Assembly (NCBI GenBank): GCA_032718475.1
Contig: JAUCBJ010007454.1
Location: 1-59,201, forward strand
Reading direction: 5' to 3'
DNA from: Nemertoderma westbladi
Lineage: Eukaryota; Animalia; Xenacoelomorpha
DNA: 59,201 bases
Shown: positions 26,458 through 39,718 of the stretch, one piece after another
How the letters are laid out: each line of letters starts with the position of its first letter
How positions within the stretch are numbered: position 1 is the stretch's first letter
Translations under genes and position numbers: made by a program
Notes under the pieces: generated by a model
Database searches by the model: none
What the model saw: only the letters and a program-made list of their open reading frames with translations
Told to the model about the DNA's origin: nothing

Positions 26458-28251
26458 GTAGTTTGATATTCAATGACTTATTATGGCTGCACTGTCTATG
26501 GCGTACTACAGACTTACAGTAGTTTGATATTCAATGACTTATTACGGCTGCACTGTCTCTGGCGTACTACAGACTTACAGTAGGTTGATATTCAATGACT
26601 TATTACGGCTGCACTGCCTCTGGCGTACTACAGACTTACAGTAGTTTGATATTCAATGACTTATTACGGCTGCACTGCCTCTGGCGTACTACAGACTTAC
26701 AGTAGTTTGATATTCAATGACTTATTACGGCTGCACTGTCTATGACGTACTACAGACTTACAGTAGTTTGATATTCAATGACTTATTACGGCTGCACTGT
26801 CTCTGGCGTACTACAGACTTACATTAGTTTGATATTCAATGACTTATTACGGCTGCACTGTCTCTGGCGTACTACAGACTTACAGTAGGTTGATATTCAA
26901 TGACTTATTACGGCTGCACTGCCTCTGGCGTACTACAGACTTACAGTAGTTTGATATTCAATGACTTATTACGGCTGCACTGTCTCTGGCGTACTACAGA
27001 CTTACATTAGTTTGATATTCAATGACTTATTACGGCTGCACTGTCTCTGGCGTACTACAGACTTACATTAGTTTGATATTCAATGACTTATTACGGCTGC
27101 ACTGTCTCTGGCGTACTACAGACTTACATTAGTTTGATATTCAATGACTTATTACGGCTGCACTGTCTCTGGCGTACTACAGACTTACATTAGTTTGATA
27201 TTCAATGACTTATTACGGCTGCACTGTTTCTGGTGTACTACAGACTTACAGTAGGTTGATATTCAATGACTTATTACGGCTGCACTGTTTCTGGCGTACT
27301 ACAGACTTACAGTAGGTTGATATTCAATGACTTATTACGGCTGCACTGTTTCTGGCGTACTACAGACTTACATTAGTTTGATATTCAATGACTTATTACG
27401 GCTGCACTGTTTCTGGCGTACTACAGACTTACAGTAGGTTGATATTCAATGACTTATTACGGCTGCACTGTCTCTGGCGTACTACAGACTTACAGTAGGT
27501 TGATATTCAATGACTTATTACGGCTGCACTGTCTCTGGCGTACTACAGACTTACAGTAGGTTGATATTCAATGACTTATTACGGCTGCACTGTCTCTGGC
27601 GTACTACAGACTTACATTAGTTTGATATTCAATGACTTATTACGGCTGCACTGTCTCTGGCGTACTACAGACTTACAGTAGGTTGATATTCAATGACTTA
27701 TTACGGTTGCACTGCCTCTGGCGGATTACAGACTTACAGTAGGTTGATATTCAATGTCTTATTACGGCTGCACTGTCTCTGGCGTACTACAGACTTACAT
27801 TAGTTTGATATTCAATGACTTATTACGGCTGCACTGTCTTGGCGTACTACAGACTTACATTAGTTTGATATTCAATGACTTATTACGGCTGCACTGTCTC
27901 TGGCGTACTACAGACTTACATTAGTTTGATATTCAATGACTTATTACGGCTGCACTGTTTCTGGCGTACTACAGACTTACAGTAGTTTGATATTCAATGA
28001 CTTATTACGGCTGCACTGCCTCTGGCGGATTACAGACTTACAGTAGGTTGATATTCAATGACTTATTACGGCAGCACTATCTCTGGCGTACTACAGACTT
28101 ACAGTAGGTTGATATTCAATGACTTATTACGGCTGCACTGCCTCTGGCGGACTACAGACTTACAGTAGTTTAATATTCAATGACTTATTACGGCTGCACT
28201 GCCTCTGGCGGACTACAGACTTACAGTAGGTTGATATTCAATGACTTATTA
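26458..28251. repeat. 61-bp tandem satellite, about 29 copies
   Basis: GTAGTTTGATATTCAATGACTTATTACGGCTGCACTGTCTCTGGCGTACTACAGACTTACA. Confidence 0.96.
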
Positions 28252-29298
28252 CTATTCGAAGTGTTGACTATTTCGAAGTGTTGACTATTTCGAAGTGTTG
28301 ACTATTTCGAAGTGTTGACTATTTCGAAGTGTTGACTATTTCGAAGTGTTGACTATTTTTAACTGTTGACTATTTCGAAGTGTTGACTATTTCGAGGTGT
28401 TGACTATTTCGAAGAGTTGACTATTTCGAAGTGTTTACATGGTTTTTTGAAGTGTTGACTATTTCGAAGTGTTGACTATTTCGAAGTGTTGACTATTTCG
28501 AAGTGTTGACCATTTCGAAGTGTTGACTATTTCGAAGTGTTGATTATTTCTAACTGTTGACTATTTCGAAGTGATGACTATTTTGAAGTGTTGACTATTT
28601 CTAACTGTTGACTATTTCGAAGTGTTTACATGTTTTTTCGAAGTGTTGACTATTTAGAAGTGTTGACTATTTCGAGGTATTGAATATTTCGAAGGTTTGA
28701 CTATTTCTAACTGTTGACTATTTCGAAGTGTTGACTATTTTGAAGTGTTGACTATTTTTAACTGTTGACTATTTCGAAGTGTTTACATGGTTTTTTGAAG
28801 TGTTGACTATTTCGAAGTGTTGACTATTTCTAACTGTTGACTATTTCGAAGTGTTGACTATTTTGACGTGTTGACTATTTCTAACTGTTGACTATTTCGA
28901 ACTGTTTACATGGTTTTTCGAAGTGTTGACTATTTCTAACTGTTGACTATTTCGAAGTGTTGACTATTTCGAGGTGTTTACATGGTTTTTCGAAGTGTTG
29001 ACTATTTCGAAGTGTTGACTATTTCGAAGTGTTGACTATTTCGAAGTGTTGACTAATTCGAAGTGTTGACTATTTCGAGGTGTTTACATGGTTTTTCGAA
29101 GTGTTGACTATTTCGAAGTGTTGACTAATTCGAAGTGTTGACTATTTCGAAGTGTTGACTATTTCTAACTGTTGACTATTTCTAACTGTTGACTATTTCG
29201 AGGTATTGACTATTTCGAAGTGTTGACTATTTCGAAGTGTTTACATGGTTTTTCGAAGTGTTGACTATTTCGAAGTGTTGACTATTTCAAAATGTTGA
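28252..29298. repeat. 17-bp tandem minisatellite, about 60 copies
   Basis: GACTATTTCGAAGTGTT units directly abutting the 61-bp array. Confidence 0.95.
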
Positions 29299-29392
29299 CA
29301 ATATACCCAATATTTGACATGTCTGTGTTGCACCGAAAAGGTTTTGTATTTGTTTTGTTATTGTAAAACTTCGCAGTGTCAAACAAATTTAA

Positions 29393-30955
29393 CCCTATTA
29401 GTACCGGGCTATAAAATGCTGTACAAATACCGGGGGGGGGGGGGGTCATATTGACCCCCCCCCCCCTCTAAAATCTACAAATAATAACGAAAACGTCTGA
29501 TTTTTTGTTTGTACGTAGGTATCACTAGTCTGGATCCGACCGAAGAAAAAAAATTTCGAAAAAATGTACTGGGGTGGTAATATTGCAGCACCAAAATTAC
29601 AAGTAGTGCACAATTTTCACAAAATTTTAAAGTTTCATTTTTCGGCTAATTGTTTTTCAATACAGGTTTTCTGGGGCGCAAAATACATTGGAAAATATAT
29701 AAAAATGATATGATTACCATAAATGCCTGTTTAGTCCTCTATGCGTAGGAAAAAAATGAAAAAAACAAGTAGCCAGCACATTTCAGTTAGAACACAAAAT
29801 TTTTAATTCACTCATACAATGCTATAAATTCACATTTTCAGGTTTTCTAGGGCGCTGATTCTAATGGAATACATTTCAGATATGCCAGATCATTGCTACT
29901 AGTATTTTTCGGCGTAATTAGGCAAATTTTGGTGCTAGCACCAAATTTCGTACCCATCACCAAAAAGTACAAGTTTGCGATGTCCACTGCTGTTTTTATT
30001 GATTCCATCGGATTCAGGACCCTCATAAACCCGTATAACTCAAGAAACAAGATGATACTATCTACTGATCAATTTACTCATTTTCCAAAATTTGGTGCAA
30101 AACAACAATTTTCACCCACCGGCGAAAAATACAAGTTTGAAAACTCTATGAAAGTTTTAGTGATTCCATTGACTTCAGAACCCTAAAAAAACCGTATAAA
30201 GCAAGAAACAAGATGACACAATCAATTGATATATTTGACGGTTTTCAAAATTTGGTGCTAGCACCACATTTTACACCCACTTCCGAAAAATACAAATTTG
30301 AGATGTCTAGTTCGATAATTATATATTCCATTGAATTCAGAACAGCCATAAACCTCTAAAATTGAAGAAATAAATTGTCACAAGCAATTTTATCTACTGA
30401 ATGGATTTTCAAAATTTCGTGCTAGCACCAAAATTTGCACACAGCACCGAAAAAAACAAGTTTGATAGGCTTGGTGCAACTCGTATATATTTCATCGAAA
30501 CCAGAACCCCAAAAAACCCCAATTGCGTAAAAAACAAGTTTCAAACAATCAATTTACAAAATTGACATATTTCAAAATTTGGTGCTGGCACCAAAATTTA
30601 TCACCCGCCGAAAAAAACAGGTTTAAAATTTCTAAATCAATTTATATGAATTCCATCCAATTGCTAACACCAAAAAACCGGTGTAAATCAAAAATAGAGA
30701 TGTTACAATTAATATTTAATGAAATGTAATTTTCAAAAAACGTCTCAAAAAAAGTGCCAAAAGTAGGGTTAAAAAATGTTGCTATAACTCGAAAACTACA
30801 AAATATTTTTGAAAACGGTTTTCACTACTAGGAAGACAATAGATTTATAGGAAAAGTCATAAAATTTCAGATTCCCAACTGCGTTTGTTGCAGAATTATA
30901 ATAAAAAAACCACGGGGGTGGGTCATATTGACCCCCCCCCCCGGGTTTAATAGGG
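29393..30955. mobile_element. Non-autonomous piggyBac-type element
   Basis: TTAA|CCCTATTA ... TAATAGGG|TTAA; subterminal GGGTCATATTGACCC palindromes at both ends; degenerate internal repeats (TTTGGTGCTAGCACC). Confidence 0.85.
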
Positions 30956-31210
30956 TTAATAGTCGAATGTCAATCAGTTAGTGTCAGGAATAGTTTAGTT
31001 GCCATGGGAATATATATGTTCATTGAACCCCAGGTGTAAAATTAATGGTTATTAACGATTTACGTCTATCCGCAAGGAAGGGCCTTTATGTTGCTTTATG
31101 ACTTTTTGTTTATCCTTTAATTTTATTTAGTTAAAGTTAAAAATAAAATTAAAGATTAGATTAGCATAAACTTAGCCCCAAAAGATTTGTGTATTTATTT
31201 AAATTAGTTT

Positions 31211-31336
31211 CTATTGCATTGTATCTATTGCATTGTATCTATTGCATTGTATCTATTGCATTGTATCTATTGCATTGTATCTATTGCATTGTATCTATTG
31301 CATTGTATCTATTGCATTGTATCTATTGCATTGTAT
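31211..31336. repeat. 14-bp tandem repeat CTATTGCATTGTAT, about 9 copies
   Basis: Perfect tandem units. Confidence 0.93.
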
Positions 31337-31954
31337 TTAGTATTGTGTATTGAGTATTTAAGTATTGCATTGCATTAAATTAAATTAAAAAATTGTCATG
31401 CTTATATAATATTTTATATTAACGGAAAATTTCGAAATTTGAAAAATTCAATTAACGACGTTGTTCTTGGCCTATTCATATTAAATAATATGGAAATCTT
31501 GTTTAGAAAGGGCCATTCACCATGTGGATTTATTGCTGATAATCGAATGCTCTGAATCCCCGGTGTAAGTAAAATATGAATCATGATAATCGTATGAACT
31601 TAATCGCATTTCTTAAATTTCAAGAAAAAATGTCGCATCTACCTTATATCACATTCGATTCACAAGGCAATTTTTCACTGAGTAATTTATTGTTAAAATA
31701 AATATTTTAAATTTGTAAAACTATTCGTTAAAACATCCCCAATTCTAGCATAGAATGCTTTCAACTATCCTGGGCAAATGCAACTTACAGTAAAACATCC
31801 TTTTATGATGAACAGTAAATTTAGTTGAAACTAATCGCTCATTATTTAAGTGATTGTTCTGTAAAAAAAACTTAAAAAGGGAAATCATTAATGGGAATAT
31901 TTAGTTTCCATAGCAACTCATACTACAACCGAGCGGAGTTTAAGTTTGAGTTTG

Positions 31955-32211
31955 AGCAGCTTGGTCTAGTGGTGGCATCACTGTGCTTCCGATTAGGGAG
32001 CCCGGGTTCGATCCCTAGATGGGGCAGCACTGTTTGGGCACAGTGCTTTAAATGCTGCAACCTAGCCCAACCCCGGCTTTCATCCTTCAGTGGTCGATAA
32101 ATGGGAACCAAGGCAACTTGGGAAACAGAGTAGAATGGTTTACTGTGGAAGATAACCCATGGTGGTGAACAGGCATTCCTTGGCTTAACGAGCCTAAAAG
32201 ATTCTCCCATT
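31955..32211 (+). mobile_element. tRNA-derived SINE, copy 2
   Basis: A box TGGTCTAGTGG, B box GGTTCGATCCC; colinear with 12672-12967. Confidence 0.82.
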
Positions 32212-33321
32212 CAAAACTTTTTATTTAAAGTTATTTTAAAACAAAAAAGGGTCTAATTGTATGGAATATCAGTAGGCCTACAATGATTGATTATTATTGC
32301 TAATAAATAATAGCCGAAAAAATGACAGAGAACAATAATCACAAAACAATAATTATCATTATGGTTATTTTAGTGTTATTATAATTTAATATATTGAATG
32401 AATTATTTATGATATTTGCGTAAAGTTTATGTGATTGGATAAGTCTATTAATGATAGTGATGCATTTCTATAAAATCTTCGGAATTTATTGTGCAGTATA
32501 AACTGTTGTTCTGATTATTATATAGTTTTTGACTTTATTTACCAGTTCGGTACAATTTTTCAGATATCACATTAATCAAGTTATTTAATTTTTTCTAATA
32601 ACTCATTATAATTATAATATATATATTGTTATAGTGGAATTAAAATCAATATTATTTTACACCGAGTTGTGTAGGCAGCGTGAAGGGGGGGGGGGTGGGT
32701 GGGGGGGGCATTTTACGTTATATTTACATTGTGTATATGTTCGCGGCAGAACTGCTGACTGAATACAGAATAATAAATTTGGTATGTCTGTCAATGGATC
32801 CATTCCATATCCATACGGTATCCATACGACGCCACCTTACCACAAAATGGGGAAGCATACCATTTAACCAATTGGTAGAGTATGAAGACAATATACGATA
32901 CTGGGAGGGAAAATGTCAAAAAGTAGTTGACATAAAATGAGGGGAAGGTGAATCATTAGCCTGATAATAACCAATGAGGGGGCCACGCATGGCAGTTTAG
33001 TGGCTATGTGTATCTTTTGGTTGGTCAGCAATAGGTAGGAATAATGTAATTAATTAATTAATGTAATTAATTAAATTAATTAATTAATTAATTAATGATT
33101 TGATTTCTAGAATTTTGAGTAAGTAAGGGGGGCTAAATTTTCTTGTTGATTTTGTTTAAAATAATAGGTATATCGTAATCAACTGTTGCCTCGAAAATAC
33201 GATTTATAATAATAAACTTAACTTCTGAATTTCTTATACTGTACTACAGAAAAATTATAGCTATTTAACTCAGTAATAAAGAAATAAAAGAATAAACTAA
33301 GTAATTTAATTTATTTATTTA

Positions 33322-34865
33322 TACTACTACTACTACTACTAGGTCGAGCGAACTCGGAGATTGGAAATTAGATCCTTCCAGGCTTCCCGATTATCCATAG
33401 TTGTCGCAATTTCGTTTCTCCCAAGTTCAGTGGATCCCTTTCAAGTTGATCTATATATGTTATGGCTGGTCGTCCACGACTACGCTTTCCATGAGTTGGT
33501 TGCCAGAAAAGTAGATCTGGTATGACCTCGTCTTTACTTCGCCAGCAGTGCCCACTGAATCTTAATCTGCGTTTACGGAGGCTGGTTGATACAGGCGGTA
33601 TTGTACCATAAAGTTCGGCGTTTGTCATGTGTTGTCTCCAGCTGATGTTTAGGGCTGCCCTTAGTAGTCTTGTGTAGCAACTATCAATTCGTTGTTCAAG
33701 TGATTTAGTCAGTGTCCAGGTCTCACCCCCTTATAAAAATACACTTTCCACTGTGGCTGGAAAGAACTTAGTCTTCATGTGCCTGGAGAGATCTGATTTC
33801 CAGATGGTATCCATTTTTGATAGAGCTACCCAAGCCATTGCTTTCCTAACTTCTATGTCCTTTTTGCTACTCTCTATCCATGATCCAAGGTACTGGAAGT
33901 CGTCGACCTTCCTTAGTTGATTATAATCAATGGTTGTCAAGTTTCCATCAACATTAAAGGTCATGAATTCGGTCTTTGTAGCATTTATATGCAATCCAAC
34001 CTCCTTAGCAGCCCTCTCCACTTTATTTAGTAGAAGCTGTGCATCTGCTAGCGTATTAGAGAACAGGGTGATGTCATCCGCAAAGTCGGTGTCTGTGAAT
34101 GTAGTTGCCGGATATCTACTACTTCTGCGTTCTTAAAGTGTGAATCCCAGATCTTCACCCTTTATGGCCGTCCTCATTGCGTAACCCAGCACAATTACAA
34201 ATAGTAATGGTGCTAATGTGTCACCTTGCATTACGCCAGCCAGGATTGAGAAAAACTCAGTTTCACCATCTGGTGAGAGTACCTGCGCTTCTGTGTCACA
34301 ATATAACAATCCAATGCCAGCAACAATTACTTCTGGTATTCCATAAGCTCTTAGGATTTCAAGCATTTTACCTCTATGGAAGGAGTCGAATGCCTTCTTG
34401 AAGTCCACAAAAGTCATGACTGCGGGGAGATTCTTTGACTTAATTCCTTCAATCAGTCTCCGAAGTGCAAGTATCTGAGCTATTGTTGATCTACTTGGTC
34501 AAAATCCGTTTTGGCTCTTACGCAGTAGTTTCTCTATGTGAGGCCTAATCCTATATAGAATCATTTTATTATATATTTTGGCAGCTACCATAAGCAGACA
34601 GATCCCACGATAGTTTGTTGGTATGCCGAGGTCTCCTTTCTTGGGAAAGGCTTTAGTTGACCTTTAGTCCAAATTGGTGGTGGCTTTTCCCCTTTTAACT
34701 TCCGGTTGCAAACATTCAATAATGGTCTGTTTAGCACTCTGGTTTTCCATACCTCATACCTCCACTGGGATTTCATCTAATCCACTCGCTTTATTATTGG
34801 ACATGCTTATAATGCTTCTTTGGAGTTCGGCAGGTGTGAAGTACCCTGTTTTATAGGTAGTGTCT
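33322..34865 (-). mobile_element. Degenerate RTE-type LINE
   Basis: FVDFKKAFDS, GVMQGDTLAP, DFADD, YLGSWI and RFSGHCWR in broken ORFs; (TAG)n tail at 33322-33342. Confidence 0.9.
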
Positions 34866-35453
34866 TAGATAGATAGATAGATTTATTTATACATTATATA
34901 AAAAACAATAACAAATACACCAAACAATGTACCGGTATAAAGGTATTGTCCAACATAACATAGGATTACCCCTAAAGCTTTGCAGCTTATTTCCAAGGGG
35001 GTCCTTTATGTTACTTGGTTACAAATACAATATTACACTACGCTAACCTAAAACCAATATAAAACGTAATTACACTATGTACATGTACAACTTTACCGAG
35101 AGCGTGACAATGCGCGACTCAACGATAAAGATGTAATGTACAGAACAATTTATTATAAAACGTAATTACAGTATAAATAGTAAATAATTAATAAACTAAT
35201 AACTTACTGTAGAACTATTGTACCTATTTTACATTGCACACGGAGGTGAGATTTAACTGCAGATTTAAAAGAATGTTGATTATTTAGGTTTTTAATTTCA
35301 TTAGGCAGAGCGTTCCAATTTTTAATGCCGTTAAAAAAGAAAGTATCAGATTTAAAGGATTTACAATTCGGGAGGTAAAAGTTTGAAGCACTAGCTCTGG
35401 TACTGTAAGAGTGTGTATCACGTTCTCTACCGATCACTCGATAGAGAGCTAAC
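34866..35453 (-). mobile_element. 3' fragment of an L2/CR1-group LINE
   Basis: HSYSTR...FFFNGIKNWNALPNEIK...SFKSAVK C-terminus, 3'UTR, AATAAA and (TCTA)n tail. Confidence 0.75.
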
Positions 35454-36944
35454 TGTTCGAATCTATGAGCCACGCGGGAATAACCAAAACAATAAACCCG
35501 AGTCGGCTCCCTAAGCTTACTTAAGACGAGTGCGAGGGGCTTTGCACTCAGAGTATATTCTTACGCCTAATTTACTACTAAAATACGCCAATGCTTACGT
35601 CTTTTTCTAATCGCGAATACTGGGCGTTCCCTAACGGAATGTATGAATGCGAGAATATTTAAAATAACCAAAATTGGTACAGTACAATGTCTTTCGTAGG
35701 TGATACCGCTCTGGGTCTAATCTTGCCTGCAGCTGGCTTTAGGCCAGCAATTTACTAGTGTCTTGCGTACTGACTACTGCGATCTAACTTATTGCCCGCT
35801 AATGCAAATAACCGCTCAGCGTGAATAGTTTACGGTACTCTAAATTATTACCTTAGCTACTCTCCGCTATGCTGCGTACTAATTCTTAATTTTACTAATC
35901 AATTACAGTCACAAATATGTAACAGCGCACTAATTACTAAGAGTTCCAGAATGCGTAATTCTAATTTATTACACAACAGGTTTCGCTAGTAATAGCCTAA
36001 AATGCCGTATTACTTTGACCTAATCAGTACCTAATTAGCCCTCCATTGATTGAATAGCTACCGTAGCGGCGCATGCAAATCACAAGTCTGACAGTCTCAG
36101 AAATCCCGTAGGATTATTGCGTCGAAAAGAATTACATAGAACCATTAACTAAAGGGTAGAAATCACAGTTCCATGATGTAATTAGCAGTAATCTTTGAGA
36201 TTGATTGAGAAACACAACAAGAATCAAACAGAAATTATAAATTTGCAAATCATTTCAAGAAAATTAATCAAAGGTAGAAATGCAGAAAATACGCACAAAA
36301 TTGTACTCCTAAAAGTAGGTGAAGGGTGATATAGGATTGGTAATAAGGACTGAGGATAATAGGTACAGCTCTACCGGCAAACCGCCAATTTATAGGTGAT
36401 CCGAGTGGGGTGATGCAATAAGGGTGATGCAATCGCTCTCCTATTGGCTCTCCAGTCCGCGCTAGCATTAGACCAACCTGGAAGCAGTTAGTCCAATAAG
36501 AAAGCCGGATTGTAGCCCTATTGGTGCCCAGGGTGCTTCCCAAACCCTCAAATTATTACCATATATGGTAATGGATCATGTCCCTGGCTGCGGAATGGTT
36601 AGGATAGCGTCCCTAGATGCTAGCCCTATCGAAGCTAATAACAGCAAGCACATATCCAGGGTCCAACTGAACTTGCTACCCTGGAACTATCTACTTATAT
36701 CCTAATACAAAATTACGTAGGTAGGGCTACATACTATACAAAATGGATGAGTTCAAAATATATGGGCGTTTCGGTTTCCTTATCTAAATATCACTGCGCT
36801 ATTATGTCTTATCTAAAATATTATACTGCATAACGGACTAATATTGCGTACAGTATAACGGACTAATATATTATACTGCATAATAGACCAATATATTATA
36901 CTGTATAATGGCTAATAATGTGTACAGCGCCATATACCGTAACA
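35454..36944 (-). repeat. Candidate 3' LTR (~1.5 kb) of the BEL/Pao element
   Basis: Starts TGTTACGG right after PPT GGAGCGG and ends TCGAACA; no second LTR to confirm. Confidence 0.5.
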
Positions 36945-38198
36945 CCGCTCCAAGGGAAATCATACAATGTTTCCCTCCAATTGTAGAAGAGTATAAGGTG
37001 ATGTATACAAACAAAATAAATTTCTATAAATTCTACTATTTACAAAATATTGCTATAGATATTGCATAATGAATTACATACAAATTAAATTTACAAATAT
37101 TATCTCTCTCACTGTTTAACGATAATTACATACAAATTAAATTTACAAAATACTGTTTCTCATTCGTTCTACATAATGATTACTACATACAAAATTAAAT
37201 TTACAAAATATTACTTCCTTTATTTATTTACAAATTAACGGTCTACCTATTGAAATGGAACATGGCTAGGACAATGTCCCCCATTTCCCATCTCAAATTA
37301 ACGATCAACATTAACAAGATAAACTAAATATAAACGTATTTGAGGCTAAATTATTAACTAAATTGCATTAAAGGCCGATAATCAAACTAAATATAAAATA
37401 CGTAATAATTTCTTTCATTTTCGGACTTTACTTAATTTCTTATAAAAACGCAAATCATCTTGGTTTGATGATTGCTCAGGTAAGTGAAAGGAGTAAGCCA
37501 AACCCGCGGGTTTGTCTCCCCAATCACTTCCTTTGCCTCTTTCAATAAACTTTAGAGCAAATAAAGTCATATACACAAAATCAAATATAGTATAGGCTCA
37601 AAATCATATTTCCAACGGACTATAAAGTAAAAGTATTTCCTTTCAATATTTTTCGGCCTTCGAAAATAAATTTCTAAAATATGGATACGACTAGTGTATA
37701 TGAGTCCAGTCGAATGATTGATCAAAACCTACGATATACATCATGATGTATATGTCTAGAGTCTGTCGCTCCGTGATATTATAGTCTCATCGGCTAGCTC
37801 CTGGGTCTCTCGGGCTCGCTCCCCTCTCCAGATACACCAGTCTACCCCCTGTAGACTCTGTTGACGGCGTCCTTGAGGCGTCACTTCCCGGAACCGGCGA
37901 CGACGTTCCCTGGGCAGGGCACCGACTATCTCCCGACTGGTGCTCCTCCCTCGGCCTCGTCCCATTTGCCGTGTCCCTGTGGGCGCCTCCGCCAACTCCT
38001 CTTTCTTCAACCGTAGAATGGGACTGCTCGTCCTTGGCTTGACGCTTGCCAAGGACTCCTCCTTCTGGTACTTGCCGCGAGCTGTGAGCTCCGGCTGTTG
38101 TCGCTGTGGGCGCGGCGGTCCTGATCCTCCACTCGTTCAGAGGTCAATGACCCCAAACGAGTCTCCTTAGGCCGCCAATTGTGCGCTGGGTAATAAAT

Positions 38199-39080
38199 CT
38201 ACACGTATATATATATCAGAGCGACGATGATATATAAAGGATTGGACATATTCGGGCTTAATAATGCGTTCGTCGAAACTTCCCGAAATAATTTGGAGTA
38301 AATATCGTATATAAACCGCGGATCGTGGGTGTAGTTAGTAGACGGATGGTCGGCGCGAATCTCGTCTGGATACTCAGGCGTGAGCTTCCTCTCCTGGTGA
38401 AGCGATGTGAACGTGGTCCAGGAACTCGAGTCCCGTGCCGCTTCGCGCCGCGCCTCTAGGTCTTTATAGGCTCGGTATAGCGAAATGGCCGCCGCCGTGT
38501 CTATCAAAGTGGGTGTCGAACAGGGTTTAATCTCCGTATACGGATCTAATGTCGTAACGGTCGGCGTAATGGGTCTCGGAGGTCGCTTTCCGCTGAAGTC
38601 AATACTGATCATCGGGTTGCTCATCGGGTAACCTCCCTCGTTATATCTAAGGAACTGGTGAGCTTGACATCGCGTTAATATCGGTTCTGGATGTTGCTCG
38701 TCTAGTCGGTCGGGAATCGCCACGTCTTGTTTATTCATGCATTCACCGCACTTGTAAAACAACTTGTACACGCTGAAAATTTTCGGCGTCTCCTGATCCT
38801 CGCCTCGAGTCCTCCGGTACAGATGCATTCCGTCGAACTGTTCGCAGACTGCAGGTAGAGGTTCTTCATGTCGTAAATACATATTCATATGGTACAGCCG
38901 TGCGATCTCCTCGTCCGGGTCTGCACTAATGTCACACACGTCTAAAGCGAAGTCGTAGGGATACCGAGTGCGATACTCTCTCCGCAAAACTTCCATACGG
39001 TCCCCCAACGCTCTCATTCTTTCCCTCCGTAATTCCTTATCATAAGTGGGTTTGTATTTCCCATTTAGCTCCATCACCAA
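38199..39080 (-). CDS. Accessory ORF of unknown function in the BEL/Pao 3' region
   Basis: 293-aa sense-strand ORF between integrase and PPT; CxxC...C..H motif. Confidence 0.55.
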   Translation of the reverse strand: MVMELNGKYKPTYDKELRRERMRALGDRMEVLRREYRTRYPYDFALDVCDISADPDEEIARLYHMNMYLRHEEPLPAVCEQFDGMHLYRRTRGEDQETPKIFSVYKLFYKCGECMNKQDVAIPDRLDEQHPEPILTRCQAHQFLRYNEGGYPMSNPMISIDFSGKRPPRPITPTVTTLDPYTEIKPCSTPTLIDTAAAISLYRAYKDLEARREAARDSSSWTTFTSLHQERKLTPEYPDEIRADHPSTNYTHDPRFIYDIYSKLFREVSTNALLSPNMSNPLYIIVALIYIYV

Positions 39081-39718
39081 CCGCCCATGGTAGTAAACGT
39101 TCGAATCTTTACATCCCGGTCGCGCGAATGGTAACTCCGCCTCCTCTCTGGCAGTAAATTATTGGAGATAAACTGGCCGTGACCAACTCACTTTTTGATG
39201 CCCAAACTACTCCCATTACTCGTACTAAACTACAGTAGTTAGAAAGGACTATAGCCACAATACTCGACTATACCAAACCCACAGGTTTGATAATCGAATA
39301 TCACACATCACTGCAAACTACTGAGTGGGGTCCATGTACGCCTCTGGTGCTACTAACCTTTAGCACCTTAGTTGTACTGTTGGCACCAATCCGTGGAAGT
39401 TGCTAAACTCAATTTACACTCCTACGTAATATAGCTGTCACCATGGTTTCTAAATGCTATTTTCCAGGCTTCACGACTTTTCAAATTACTGTTTATCTAT
39501 AGACGAATTCTAAAACGCGTCTATACACAGCGTCTGGAATTGTCTTGGGTTCACTTTTCTAATTTTAAAATTTTTTAATTTTCCAAAATATTTTTGAAAT
39601 AAAATTTTGTTTTGATACCCACCAGACAAAACTCAACGCAAATCACCACAACCCCGCTCCTATGCATTTCCTTGTATTTGCATACGAGGAATGCATACGA
39701 AGTGAGTTGCGTCCAACA

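Noticed and set aside
26458-29298. CRISPR array
   Set aside because: Head-to-tail satellites with no spacers
33313-34892. ATTTATTTATAC as the TSD of the second RTE copy
   Set aside because: Low complexity; the right copy is better explained as the polyadenylation region of the adjacent L2/CR1 fragment
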